NCBI GenBank assembly: GCA_964406665.1
Contig: CAYOSQ010000004.1
Coordinates: 49,512 to 113,511, forward strand
Origin: an uncultured Planctomycetia bacterium
GTDB taxonomy: Bacteria > Omnitrophota > Gorgyraeia > VGKH01 > JBHPFN01
Direction of reading: 5' to 3'
Length of the DNA: 64,000 bases
The position numbers were made by a program, and so were the translations under genes. This document shows, in pieces, positions 24,648-35,204 of the stretch. A model generated the notes under the pieces. That model did no database searches. It was given only the letters and a program-made list of their open reading frames with translations, and was not told the origin of the DNA. Each line of letters begins with the position of its first letter. The first letter of the stretch is position 1.

Positions 24648-25379
24648 ATGTTGAAAAAGATATTTTCATCTTTCCTGGATATCATTTATCCTAAAAATTG
24701 TCTGCTCTGCAAAAAGGCCCTAGAAGATAATTCTTCAAGTCTAACTGTTTGCGGAGCTTGTTTGGAAAAAAGCGAGAAAAACGTTCCTCCTTTCTGTATG
24801 AAATGCGGTATACAACTTAAAGGAAACGAAACTACACATAATATATGCAAAAAATGCCAAGATAAACCCCTTAGTTTTTCCCGTGGTTGGAGTGTTTTTC
24901 GATATCAAGGCGTAATAAAAAGATTATTGCACCTATTTAAATACAAGAATAAAACTTCTCTTAGAAAAGTCTTTGGAGAAATTTTATCTGATTTTGTTTA
25001 CTCTTACAATATACCAATTGATAACTTTGACTTGGCGGTTCCTGTACCTATGCATAATGTTAGATTGCGAGAGAGAGAATACAATCAAGCAGATTTACTG
25101 GCAGAAGAACTTGCAAAACGCTTTAACTTAAAACTATCAAAAAATAACTTAAGACGCGTGCGTAACACAAAACCTCAAATTAAGCTAAATGCAAGTTCAA
25201 GATGGCAAAATCTCCAAGGTGCCTTTGCAGTTAAGAACAAAAATGAATTCGAAAATAAAAATATCCTTCTACTTGATGATCTGTTTACTACCGGCGCAAC
25301 CACTTCTGCCGCAACAGAAGCACTGAAATCTGCCGGAGCACATGATGTTTCTGTGTTAACTTTAGCTATTGCAAAATGA
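24648..25379 (+). CDS. comF: ComF family protein (double zinc ribbon plus phosphoribosyltransferase domain)
   Basis: N-terminal CxxC...CxxC, and a C-terminal LLLDDLFTTGATTSAA PRTase motif. Confidence 0.7.
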   Translation: MLKKIFSSFLDIIYPKNCLLCKKALEDNSSSLTVCGACLEKSEKNVPPFCMKCGIQLKGNETTHNICKKCQDKPLSFSRGWSVFRYQGVIKRLLHLFKYKNKTSLRKVFGEILSDFVYSYNIPIDNFDLAVPVPMHNVRLREREYNQADLLAEELAKRFNLKLSKNNLRRVRNTKPQIKLNASSRWQNLQGAFAVKNKNEFENKNILLLDDLFTTGATTSAATEALKSAGAHDVSVLTLAIAK

Positions 25380-26464
25380 AAATATTAAGAAGCTATATAT
25401 TAAGAGAAGCCATTGGTCCATTTCTACTTTCGCTAGCTACGCTTACTTCCATACTTCTTCTGGGAAATCTCGTTCGCTTAGCTGAGATGGTAATCAACAA
25501 AGGTGTTAATCTAGTTTCTGTCTCAAAACTTTTCTTATATTTAATCCCCTCTCTTCTTCCCTACACAATGCCTCTTGCCTGCTTAGCGGGAACCCTTATG
25601 GCATTTAGCAGATTATCATCGGATAATGAAATCATTGCTATACGTGCTAGCGGATTAAACATCTTCAAAATAATATCTCCTTTGCTTATAATTGGTATCA
25701 TTTTAAGCCTGGGACTAATAGTTATGCATGACGTGGTAATTCCCCGTGCACATTATGAAACAAGAAAACTAGCAAAAGATATAGGTGTTAAAAATCCTGC
25801 GGCTGCGCTTGAGGCCGGTAGATTTATTAATTCTTTCAAAAGTCATATTCTCTTCATTTACCGAATTGAAGGCAATACACTTTATAACGTAAGGATTTAT
25901 CAACCTCAAGGAGAAGGAAAGCCCACACGCACAATTGTTGCAAAAAAGGGGGAATTTGTCTCTTTGCCTGAAAAAAATGCAATTAAGCTTAAACTTATTG
26001 ATGGGATTTCCGATGAACCGGATATAAAAAACCCGAGTAATTTTTATAAATTGAATTTCAAAAATTATTTTATCACTCTAGATCTTTCTGAAATGGATAA
26101 TAAAGCTGTTTCAAAAAAACCGGTCGACATGACTCTAAAAGAGCTAAAAAATGAGATGAAACATAAACCTTTATCACTGGCAACAGCCCCTTTTATTACA
26201 ATATTTCATAGAAAAGTAGCTATGTCTTTTTCTGTTTTAATTTTTATTCTTCTAGGAAGCACTGTCGCAATTATTGTTAGAAGAAGAGAAAAAGCTGCTA
26301 ATTTCGGATTAGCATTCCTTATATTTGCCTTTTACTATCTTTTTACCATGGGTTTCGAAGCTATAAGCCTTCAACTATACTTGAACCCTGCAATTGCTAT
26401 GTGGATGCCTAATGTCATTTTTGGCTCAATAGGCTTAATTCTTTTTTATAAATTATGCGCTTAA
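25376..26464 (+). CDS. LPS export ABC permease, LptF/LptG family
   Basis: YjgP/YjgQ-like topology, paired with the following paralog. Confidence 0.7.
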   Translation: MKILRSYILREAIGPFLLSLATLTSILLLGNLVRLAEMVINKGVNLVSVSKLFLYLIPSLLPYTMPLACLAGTLMAFSRLSSDNEIIAIRASGLNIFKIISPLLIIGIILSLGLIVMHDVVIPRAHYETRKLAKDIGVKNPAAALEAGRFINSFKSHILFIYRIEGNTLYNVRIYQPQGEGKPTRTIVAKKGEFVSLPEKNAIKLKLIDGISDEPDIKNPSNFYKLNFKNYFITLDLSEMDNKAVSKKPVDMTLKELKNEMKHKPLSLATAPFITIFHRKVAMSFSVLIFILLGSTVAIIVRRREKAANFGLAFLIFAFYYLFTMGFEAISLQLYLNPAIAMWMPNVIFGSIGLILFYKLCA

Positions 26465-27546
26465 TAGATAAATATATAATAAAATCTATAGTAAAATCAT
26501 TCTTAGGAATAGTAGGCGTATTCTTTTTTCTTTATATAATCATTGATATTTTCAATGCCTTGGAACAAATTATAGAGTTTAAGGTACCGCTAAAAATTTT
26601 AATTGATTACTATACGTCTTTTCTGCCCATCATTTTCATTCATACTTCTCCTGTTGCCTGTCTACTTTCAACATTATTTGTTTTATCAAAACTAAACAGC
26701 GGCAACGAAATTATTGCGCTTCGCTCTGCAGGATTAAATATCTGGCAAATAACAAAATCTACAATTTTGTTTGCCTGTATTATTAGTGCAATAATCTTAT
26801 GGGTCAACGAAAACGTTGTCCCCCAAGCAACAATGACAACCAACAGAATAAAAAATCAACACATAGAACCATACAGCGCCGAAAACAGAAAAGAAAAGAT
26901 ATACAATTTAGCTTTTTACGGACTAGAGAATAGGCTGTTTTTCATAAATTCTTTTGATCCAAAATTAAATACCCTAGAAGGTTTAACTATTCTAAAGCAT
27001 GACAGTAAGCAAAATTTGAGAAAAAAAATCTTCGCCCTACATTCTACCTGGGAAGAAGACAAATGGAAATGCGAAAAATGCCAGATTTATTATTATGATA
27101 TTCTTGATAAAGAATATGTAGATTTTTATGAAGAAAAATACCTGGATTTTCCAGAAACCCCAGAAGACCTTTTAATGCAACATCGACAGGTTTCTTTTAT
27201 GAATATAAGTCAACTTAAAGAATACATAGATAAACTAACATTCTCAGGAGCAAAATCGGTTATTCGCAACCTGAAAGTAGAACTCAATCAGAAATTTGCA
27301 TACCCCTTAAGCAACCTAATAATTGTATTAATGGGATTACCCTTTGCCCTAATGTCACGAAGAAGGAAAGCACTTACCTTTACTTCTTTAGGAATTTCTA
27401 TCGGAATAGGATTTATTTATTACGTGATTAATGCGGTTAGCATTGCTTTAGGTAAGCTGGGAGTATTCCATCCAATTATTGCTGCGTGGTTTGCCAATTT
27501 TGTGCTTTTATTTACTGCATTATATCTTATAAAGAAAGTTCATTAA
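26455..27546 (+). CDS. LPS export ABC permease, LptF/LptG family (second paralog)
   Basis: YjgP/YjgQ-like; overlaps the preceding gene. Confidence 0.7.
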   Translation: MRLIDKYIIKSIVKSFLGIVGVFFFLYIIIDIFNALEQIIEFKVPLKILIDYYTSFLPIIFIHTSPVACLLSTLFVLSKLNSGNEIIALRSAGLNIWQITKSTILFACIISAIILWVNENVVPQATMTTNRIKNQHIEPYSAENRKEKIYNLAFYGLENRLFFINSFDPKLNTLEGLTILKHDSKQNLRKKIFALHSTWEEDKWKCEKCQIYYYDILDKEYVDFYEEKYLDFPETPEDLLMQHRQVSFMNISQLKEYIDKLTFSGAKSVIRNLKVELNQKFAYPLSNLIIVLMGLPFALMSRRRKALTFTSLGISIGIGFIYYVINAVSIALGKLGVFHPIIAAWFANFVLLFTALYLIKKVH

Positions 27547-27548
27547 TA

Positions 27549-28673
27549 TTACTTAAAAATTCTATTTTGAGTTTTCCCCGCAGAACATACAATCTCATAC
27601 GGAATGGTATCTGCTAAACCGGATAATTCTTCTGCACTTATATGATGCTTACCATCCTTTCCAAATAAAGTGGCAACATCATTAATCTTAACCTTGTTCT
27701 TCTTATCAATTTCCACCATGATTTGATCCATACAAACCCTACCTACGACCTTACATCTTTTTCCGTTTATTAGAACCTTGGCTTTATTTGAAAAAGCTCT
27801 AAAATATCCGTCGTTATAACCAACGGGTAAAGTTGCAATGGTTGTCTTCTTATTCGTTATAAAACTACGCCCATAACTTATTCCCCTTCCCGGAGGAACG
27901 GTTTTTACATACATAACCTGGGTCTTAAACTTCATTGCCGGCTTTAGCTTAACCTTTCCTGTTAAGCCTTTTTTAGGATAAATACCATACAGCATCAATC
28001 CGGGACGCACTAAATCAAAATAACTATTCTTAAAACTAATTACCGCCATACTATTTGCAGCATGATACAAAGGAATATCTATTCCATTTAATTCAATATT
28101 AGATTTAAGTTTTCTAAACCTACGTATCTGACTGTTGGTAAAACTTCTATCGGTATCAGCGGAGGGAAAATGTGTATATACCCCTTCAATTCTTAAATTG
28201 GGGAGCACATATATTTCTTTAATAAAATCAAGCGCTTGCTCATACCAAATGCCTAGCCTACCCATTCCAGTATCTATCTTTACATGAACTTTGGCAGTCT
28301 TTTTTCTCTTCTTCGCATAAGAGCTTATCTTATATGCTAAAGATAAAGTAGAGATTGTTACCGTTAGATTATTATTAACAACTTCTGAGGCATACTTAAC
28401 ATCAATACTCTCAAAGATAAGAATAGGTTTTTTTATTCCTGTTTTTCTCAATTGCAGAGCCTCATTAATACAGGCTACCCCGAAATAATCAGCACCGTTT
28501 TTTGAAAGACTTCTAGAAACTTCTTTTATTCCATGTCCATAAGCATCTGATTTTACTACAGCAAGAATCTTAACCTTAGGACCTACAATGCTTTTTGCCC
28601 GCTTAAAATTATACACGATAGCCTTAAGATCGATTTCAAGCCATGTGGGACGGTATAGTAAAAAATTAATCAT
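27549..28673 (-). CDS. alr: alanine racemase
   Basis: PLP-binding motif AVVKSDAYGHG; 374 aa. Confidence 0.8.
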   Translation of the reverse strand: MINFLLYRPTWLEIDLKAIVYNFKRAKSIVGPKVKILAVVKSDAYGHGIKEVSRSLSKNGADYFGVACINEALQLRKTGIKKPILIFESIDVKYASEVVNNNLTVTISTLSLAYKISSYAKKRKKTAKVHVKIDTGMGRLGIWYEQALDFIKEIYVLPNLRIEGVYTHFPSADTDRSFTNSQIRRFRKLKSNIELNGIDIPLYHAANSMAVISFKNSYFDLVRPGLMLYGIYPKKGLTGKVKLKPAMKFKTQVMYVKTVPPGRGISYGRSFITNKKTTIATLPVGYNDGYFRAFSNKAKVLINGKRCKVVGRVCMDQIMVEIDKKNKVKINDVATLFGKDGKHHISAEELSGLADTIPYEIVCSAGKTQNRIFK

Positions 28674-28674
28674 A

Positions 28675-29358
28675 TTATTTTTTCTTTCTTATCTGACATT
28701 CTTTTGGAAAAAGATACATGGGAACTATTTTTTTAGGATCCTTTTTCTTTAATCTATTATACCTCTGTTTAGCTAATAATACCAAGTTGCCTGCTCTAGG
28801 AAACCATGAGTCGTTATCAGTAAAATTTGCTAATCTACCTAACCTTCTTTTAATATTTTTTTCATACAAACATATACCATCTCCAATAAAGGTAGTTGAA
28901 TGCTTTATTTTATTTAGAACACTATCTATTTCCTCCAATAAATAATTACTTTGTCTAATTATTTTATTATCAGAAAGCTTGTATATACATGCATAAACTT
29001 TATTCTGTTTGGCATCGATGATTGGACAAACATGTTGTTGTCTGGACATTGCATTCAACACAATAACATCTAGAGAAGGTATGCCAATAATTGGCTTTGA
29101 AAAAGCAAATGATAATCCCTTAACCGCACTTACACCAATTCTCAAACCAGTAAAAGATCCAGGCCCTAAACCTACAGCAAAAGAATCTATTGCGCCCAAT
29201 TCAACCTTGGTTCTCTTAAGCAAATTCTTAATGCTAGGTATTAGCAAATTAGAAGCTTGCCCTTTAAGATTAATATTATATTCACCAACTATCTTTTCGT
29301 TATCTAGAATAGCGACACTTAAATTACTAGTTGAAGTTTCAACGCCTAATATTTTCAT
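28675..29358 (-). CDS. tsaB: tRNA t6A biosynthesis protein TsaB
   Basis: YeaZ-like fold; operon with tsaE. Confidence 0.7.
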   Translation of the reverse strand: MKILGVETSTSNLSVAILDNEKIVGEYNINLKGQASNLLIPSIKNLLKRTKVELGAIDSFAVGLGPGSFTGLRIGVSAVKGLSFAFSKPIIGIPSLDVIVLNAMSRQQHVCPIIDAKQNKVYACIYKLSDNKIIRQSNYLLEEIDSVLNKIKHSTTFIGDGICLYEKNIKRRLGRLANFTDNDSWFPRAGNLVLLAKQRYNRLKKKDPKKIVPMYLFPKECQIRKKK

Positions 29359-29804
29359 AATTTCGCCATAAATCTTTTACAAATCTTACCTTTTGGTAAA
29401 ATTTTAATGCTACGCTGATTATTGCCTTTTAACTCAAACTCTATCTTAAGATGCTCTTTTGGTAAATAATCATCCATCCTCTCAGCCCATTCTATGACTA
29501 TCACACCCCCTGAAGAGATATATTCTTGAAAACCTACATTAAAAATTTCTCTAGGATCTTTTACCCTATAAAGGTCAAAATGATAAAGTGGAAATCTACC
29601 CTTGTATTCTTTAAGAAGTACAAAAGAAGGGCTGCTAACATCATGCTTATCAATACCTAAACCGGCGGCTAAACCTTTAGTGAAAGTAGTTTTACCTGAC
29701 CCTAAAGTTCCATAAAGTGCTAATATATCATTTTTTCTTAGAGCTTTGGCAATCTTTTCCCCCAATGCTGTTGTCTGCTTAGGAGAATTAGTAATAATTT
29801 TCAT
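29355..29804 (-). CDS. tsaE: tRNA t6A biosynthesis ATPase TsaE
   Basis: P-loop GTLGSGKTTFTKG; ~150 aa. Confidence 0.75.
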   Translation of the reverse strand: MKIITNSPKQTTALGEKIAKALRKNDILALYGTLGSGKTTFTKGLAAGLGIDKHDVSSPSFVLLKEYKGRFPLYHFDLYRVKDPREIFNVGFQEYISSGGVIVIEWAERMDDYLPKEHLKIEFELKGNNQRSIKILPKGKICKRFMAKL

Positions 29805-30727
29805 CAGAAGTGCAAATAACCTTTCGGAGTAATTTCTTTTTCTATACCATTTTTTTGAACAAGCTTTATTCCTTGTATTTTTTTAGTAATTAACCCGATT
29901 TTCTTTATTGAAAAACTGGTTTTTTTGTTTTTTAATTTGCTATTAAGCTTCTTTTCTCTGGACTTTGGTAAAGTAAATAGTAATTCAAAATCTTCTCCAT
30001 CAAAAAACGCATTTTTAAGGCTACAACCATTTTTTTTAGGTATTAAAGATTCACTAATCAAAGCCCCTGCGTTGCTAGAATTAACTATACGACTTAAATC
30101 TAAAATCAATCCGTCAGAAATATCTATCATGGAACTTGGTTTAGAATTCTCAACCAACCATCTGGCTTCTTTTATTTTAGGAACAAAACTAAAATGTTTA
30201 CCAGACTTAAGTGATCCTCCAAGTGAACCAGTTACAAAAATGGAATCTCCAGGCTTAGCGGTACTACGCAAAACAACATTTTTCTTCTCAACCAAGCCAA
30301 ATAAGCAAATATTTATTATTATCTTATTAGAATGATTAGTGTCTCCTCCTACTATGCTTATGTTAAATTGCCTGGCTAACGCAACTATCCCTTTGAGTAT
30401 TTCTTCTGCAAACTTAACATTTGTTCTCTTGGGCAATCCAACAGAAATAACTGCATACTTAGGAATTCCCCCCATGGCTGCAATATCGCTAATATTACAG
30501 GCCAGGGCTTTTCTACCGATATGCTTAGGACTTAAACTTTTTTTGAAGTGAATATTTTCAATTAACATATCTGTTGTCACAAGCAAATAGTTTTCTTTAT
30601 CAAATTTCAATATGGCAGTATCATCACCTATGCCTTTGACCACAGAAGAATCAACTCGGCAAAACTTATCGATTAATTTTATAAAATCATCTTCGCCAAT
30701 ATCAGCCAACAACTTTCTTTTATTCAT
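29804..30727 (-). CDS. thiL: thiamine-monophosphate kinase
   Basis: AIR-synthase-related fold (GDDTAIL, ISDIAAMGG). Confidence 0.7.
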   Translation of the reverse strand: MNKRKLLADIGEDDFIKLIDKFCRVDSSVVKGIGDDTAILKFDKENYLLVTTDMLIENIHFKKSLSPKHIGRKALACNISDIAAMGGIPKYAVISVGLPKRTNVKFAEEILKGIVALARQFNISIVGGDTNHSNKIIINICLFGLVEKKNVVLRSTAKPGDSIFVTGSLGGSLKSGKHFSFVPKIKEARWLVENSKPSSMIDISDGLILDLSRIVNSSNAGALISESLIPKKNGCSLKNAFFDGEDFELLFTLPKSREKKLNSKLKNKKTSFSIKKIGLITKKIQGIKLVQKNGIEKEITPKGYLHF

Positions 30728-31764
30728 TACTTATTTAAGACTTTCTTTATATTCTTCTTAAAATTAGGATAAACTATTCCACGTTCAGTTATTATAGCCG
30801 AAATCAGATTATGCGAAGTAACATCAAAGGCAGGATTATACACTTGGATACGATTTCTTATTACTGGCTTATTATTAAAATGTGTTACTTCTCTGTCCTT
30901 CCTTTCTTCAATAGGAATATATTTCCCACTAGCCAATGACAAATCAAAGGTAGACGAAGGCGCAACTACATAAAATGGAATTTTGAATCTATTGGCCAAC
31001 ACTGCCAAATGATAAGTACCTATCTTATTAGCCGTATCGCCATTTGATGCAATACGGTCCGCACCAGTAAAAATTTTGTTTATTTTTTTGTTTTTCATAA
31101 GTTGAGCTACCATACTTTCACAAATAAGCGTTACATCAATTTTCTGCCTATTAAGCTCCCAGGTAGTTAACCGCGCACCTTGCAAAAGTGGTCTAGTCTC
31201 GCAGGCATAAACATTAAAAGATTTATGCTGAGCATTAGCCTTATACATAACTGCAAGCGCTGTACCATAATCTGAAGTAGCAAGTGCGCCTGCATTACAG
31301 ACAGTTAAAACAGCGTCTTTCTTACCAATTAACCTAGCTCCATAAGCACCTAAACTACGGCACATTGAACGATCCTCGTTAAATATGCTATTTGCCTCCC
31401 TAAATAAGATATTTTTTAATTCTTTAATGTTTTTATCCTTATTGTTAGAGACGGCGCTTTCCATTCTCTTAAGCGCCCAGAAAAGATTAACCGCTGTCGG
31501 ACGTGAAGTTGCTAAATATTTTGTTACACTATCTAAATGTTTTTTGAAATTAGCATAACTCTTTTGCTTAGAGTCTTTAATTCCAAGATACGTTCCGAAT
31601 GCCGCAGCTACCCCAATTGCCGGAGCGCCCCTCACCTGAAGAGTTTTGATAGCATTCCATAAGGATTTAATGTTCCTACAATAAACATAGCTTAATTTTT
31701 CTGGTAGTTTTGTCTGATCAATAATCCTAATGGAATTTTTGTGCCACTTTATCGTAGGAATCAT
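30727..31764 (-). CDS. mtnA: methylthioribose-1-phosphate isomerase (eIF-2B alpha/beta/delta family)
   Basis: The family signature is seen (...LQVRGAPAIGVAAAFG...). Confidence 0.65.
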   Translation of the reverse strand: MIPTIKWHKNSIRIIDQTKLPEKLSYVYCRNIKSLWNAIKTLQVRGAPAIGVAAAFGTYLGIKDSKQKSYANFKKHLDSVTKYLATSRPTAVNLFWALKRMESAVSNNKDKNIKELKNILFREANSIFNEDRSMCRSLGAYGARLIGKKDAVLTVCNAGALATSDYGTALAVMYKANAQHKSFNVYACETRPLLQGARLTTWELNRQKIDVTLICESMVAQLMKNKKINKIFTGADRIASNGDTANKIGTYHLAVLANRFKIPFYVVAPSSTFDLSLASGKYIPIEERKDREVTHFNNKPVIRNRIQVYNPAFDVTSHNLISAIITERGIVYPNFKKNIKKVLNK

Positions 31765-32918
31765 TTCGAAAATAAACTAGCTATTTTTCTTACTAAATTA
31801 AAAATTGGATGAAGAATCTTCGCTCCAGTATTTTTCTCAATTATAACTGCGCCTTCCGGACAAAGTTCTTTACAACACATGCATAATACGCATTTTTTGT
31901 AATCAATTTTTGCACAGCGCTTAGTTACAGTTATTGCCGAAACAGGGCAAGCTTTCTTGCAAATACCGCAACGTACACATTTATTTTCTACAACGTGAGG
32001 CCTAAATACTATTAAATGTCCTACAATACCTAAAATTGGCCCTGGCATTTTATTAATTACAGAATTTTGAGGTAACTTATAGTCAGGAACAATAACATCT
32101 TTTAATTTCTCACCCAATACTTCTATTTCATTGATTGAACTTATGCCAAGATTTCTTTTCGCAGCTTCTCTAGTCGCAAGAACATCATCCGGTGCAATTC
32201 CCATAATCGCTGCTATAATACTATCTATTGCTACAGCATCAACACCAGCTAAAACTAAACCAAGTTTACGGGCAATTCCACCCGAAGCCGGCCCATCGCC
32301 CTCTAAAGAAAGTACTCCATCAACTATAGAAAGAGTTGGTTTGATCAAAGAGTAAATATCTACTAAAAGCGGAGCAAAATCTTTTGACCTCAATCCTTTT
32401 CTGTGTAAATCTGTTTTAGATAAACCGGGGATCAAACCAAAAAGATTCTTTATAGCCCCAGTTAAAATTGTTAAATCGTGAGTCTTGAATTTCGGCAAAG
32501 ATACTATTTTATTACATTTTTCTATCCAATCAGTAAATACATAACCTTGGCGAATTATGCTTTTATCAAACTTCACAAGATTAATTTTTTCTTCTTGAGC
32601 AACTTTCTTTACACCGGTTTTTTCGTAGACATTATCAACATCCTCCGGACTACCCCATACACTTGGCCCATCACCAATAAAAAGCTCTGCATTTGTCTCT
32701 TTTAAAAGTTTGATTACTGCACGGATAAATTCGGGATGTGTATCAATACCTCTTTCGGGTTCAACTGCCGCAAGTAAATTTGGTTTGATCAAAACTTTAT
32801 CTTTTGGCTTAATAAATTTCGATATGCCACCAATTAAATCTACAGATTCCCCGATAGCTGAAAGAAGTTTTTCAGGATCGTAATTTTCACATTTTACAAT
32901 TGAAACTTTAGAACTCAT
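31761..32918 (-). CDS. DUF362 domain protein with a C-terminal 2x[4Fe-4S] ferredoxin domain
   Basis: The C-terminus has CVRCGICKKACP and CVLCMCCKELCP. Confidence 0.55.
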   Translation of the reverse strand: MSSKVSIVKCENYDPEKLLSAIGESVDLIGGISKFIKPKDKVLIKPNLLAAVEPERGIDTHPEFIRAVIKLLKETNAELFIGDGPSVWGSPEDVDNVYEKTGVKKVAQEEKINLVKFDKSIIRQGYVFTDWIEKCNKIVSLPKFKTHDLTILTGAIKNLFGLIPGLSKTDLHRKGLRSKDFAPLLVDIYSLIKPTLSIVDGVLSLEGDGPASGGIARKLGLVLAGVDAVAIDSIIAAIMGIAPDDVLATREAAKRNLGISSINEIEVLGEKLKDVIVPDYKLPQNSVINKMPGPILGIVGHLIVFRPHVVENKCVRCGICKKACPVSAITVTKRCAKIDYKKCVLCMCCKELCPEGAVIIEKNTGAKILHPIFNLVRKIASLFSK

Positions 32919-32928
32919 AAGAAAGGAT

Positions 32929-34422
32929 TTACTTCTGCTCTATTCTTGGGAATAACGGTTTGCCTTTTTTAATTTTGTCTTTACCGAACTGCGCTCTAAT
33001 AGAATCAGCTGTTGCAGGCATAAAAGGTGCTATATTTTCAGTTACAGCATTAATAACGTCTACTAAAACCACAATAAACTCTTTAAGCTCTTTCTTCCTG
33101 TCTTCTTTAAATAAAATCCAGGGCTTAGTATCCTCAACATATTTATTTGCTAAATTAATAAGCTCCCATATCGGCTCTAGTGCCGGAGAAAAATTGTATT
33201 CTCCGGATAAACCCATATAAGCTGCAATCCTTGAATCAAGATTTTTGATCGCCCCCTCTATTGCCTCTGATAAAAAGTTTGCAGTTTGTCCTTTTTCAGG
33301 AATAATTCCTTGAAAATATTTCTCAATCATCGTAAGAGTTCTATAAACAAAATTGCCTAAATCATTTGCCAGGTCGCCATTTAGCCGTTTTACAATCGCT
33401 TCTTCTGAAAAGTTTCCGTCGGCACCAAAAGGAACATCTTTAAGTAAAAAATAGCGGTATACATCTATGCCGTATTTCTCAATCATCGCAAGTGGAGAAA
33501 CAACGTTTCCAATAGATTTAGACATTTTGCTTTCATCTATCAACCACCATCCATGTGCCAAAATCGTTCTTGGCGGCTCGATATTTAATGCATGTAGCAT
33601 AATAGGCCAATAAACAGCATGCTGCCTTAGAATATCTTTTCCTATCATATGCACATCGGCAGGCCACCACTGAGATTTATAATTAGCCTTATCATCAAAA
33701 CTTCCCACAGCGCTTATATAATTTATTAAAGCATCAAACCAGACATAAGTAACATGCTGCGGACTAAAAGTAAGCGGTATTCCCCAGTTTAAACGCTCTT
33801 TAGGTCGGGAAACACACAAATCAGTTAACTTGTTTAATTTCAAAAAGCTTAGAACTTCTTCTCTGCGACTTGCAGGCTTAATAAATTCATCATGCTTGTT
33901 AATATAATCAATTAACCAATCCTGGTGCTTAGATAGGCTGAAGAAATAATTCTTTTCGGTAATTTTCTCAAGTGGCCTCTTACAATCGGGGCAATTCTGA
34001 TCTTGTGTTTGAGTTTCAGGCCAAAAAGTTTCACAGGGGGTGCAATACCAGCCGGTATAAGTTCCTTCTTTTAGCTCACCTTTTTCTTTTAATATCTCTA
34101 ATACCCTCTGAACAAACCTTACGTGTCTTTCTTCAGTAGTGCGAATAAAATCATCGTTAGAAATATTCAATTTATTCCATAAGCCCTTAAATACCGAAAC
34201 TGCTTCATCAGCAAACTGTATAGGCTCCTGCCCCTTAGCTTCAGCAGCCTGCTGAATCTTCTGACCGTGCTCATCTGTGCCGGTTAAAAAATGAACCTTA
34301 CAATCCTTATTTCTGTAGTATCTTGCAAGGCAATCAACTGCAATATTAGTATATGAATGACCTATATGCGGCGAAGCATTTACATAATAAAGCGGTGTTG
34401 TTATGTAAAATTTTTCTCTCAT
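32929..34422 (-). CDS. metG: methionine--tRNA ligase
   Basis: HIGH (HIGHSYT) and KMSKS motifs, plus CxxC zinc knuckles. Confidence 0.85.
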   Translation of the reverse strand: MREKFYITTPLYYVNASPHIGHSYTNIAVDCLARYYRNKDCKVHFLTGTDEHGQKIQQAAEAKGQEPIQFADEAVSVFKGLWNKLNISNDDFIRTTEERHVRFVQRVLEILKEKGELKEGTYTGWYCTPCETFWPETQTQDQNCPDCKRPLEKITEKNYFFSLSKHQDWLIDYINKHDEFIKPASRREEVLSFLKLNKLTDLCVSRPKERLNWGIPLTFSPQHVTYVWFDALINYISAVGSFDDKANYKSQWWPADVHMIGKDILRQHAVYWPIMLHALNIEPPRTILAHGWWLIDESKMSKSIGNVVSPLAMIEKYGIDVYRYFLLKDVPFGADGNFSEEAIVKRLNGDLANDLGNFVYRTLTMIEKYFQGIIPEKGQTANFLSEAIEGAIKNLDSRIAAYMGLSGEYNFSPALEPIWELINLANKYVEDTKPWILFKEDRKKELKEFIVVLVDVINAVTENIAPFMPATADSIRAQFGKDKIKKGKPLFPRIEQK

Positions 34423-35204
34423 TTAAATTTTACCTCTACATGCTTACCCTGAGAACCGACTTCAGCAATAACTGAACGCTTAAGGATATTCACACTTATA
34501 ACTTTTGCTTTACCATCGGGAGTATTAATTTTATCTCCTTCTTTTGGCAACTCTTTAGAAAAAGCCTTATAAGTCTTAAATTCATATGAGAGACAACACA
34601 TAAGCCTGCCGCATACACCAGAAATCTTAGGAGGATTTAATGGTAGTCCCTGCTCCTTTGCCATGCGTATTGTAACTGGTTCAAAATCTTTCAAGAATTT
34701 TGCACAGCACAACGACCTCCCGCAACAGCCGAAACCCCCGAATAGCTTTGCCTCGTCCCTAACGCCAATTTGCCTTAGTTCAATCCTAGCTCTGAAAATC
34801 TTAGCCAAATCCTTTACAAGTGCGCGAAAATCAATTCTTCCTTGTGCTGTAAAATAGAATATAATTTTAGTTCTATCAAATGAATACTCTGCATCCACAA
34901 GTTTCATATCTAACTTATGTTCCTCAATCTTTTTTAAACAAGTACTAATAACTTCTTTTATCTTTATTTTATTATCCTTGATGTGCTTTAAGTCATTAGC
35001 TGATGCAACGCGAACAATCTTTCTTAAGGGCTCATCGGGTTTCTCGTCAGGCAATGGTTCAGGATCTGAAATTACCTGTCCGTAATCTTGACCTCTTTCC
35101 GCTTCAACTATGACATAATCATTAATCTTAAGAGTAAAACCTTCAGGATTAAAAAACTCAACCGCACCTGATTCTCTTAATCTAATCTGTATTATTTTTT
35201 CCAT
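34419..35204 (-). CDS. ricT: PSP1-domain protein (RicT/YaaT-like)
   Basis: Cys-rich PSP1 C-terminal domain. Conserved position downstream of holB and tmk. Confidence 0.65.
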   Translation of the reverse strand: MEKIIQIRLRESGAVEFFNPEGFTLKINDYVIVEAERGQDYGQVISDPEPLPDEKPDEPLRKIVRVASANDLKHIKDNKIKIKEVISTCLKKIEEHKLDMKLVDAEYSFDRTKIIFYFTAQGRIDFRALVKDLAKIFRARIELRQIGVRDEAKLFGGFGCCGRSLCCAKFLKDFEPVTIRMAKEQGLPLNPPKISGVCGRLMCCLSYEFKTYKAFSKELPKEGDKINTPDGKAKVISVNILKRSVIAEVGSQGKHVEVKFK

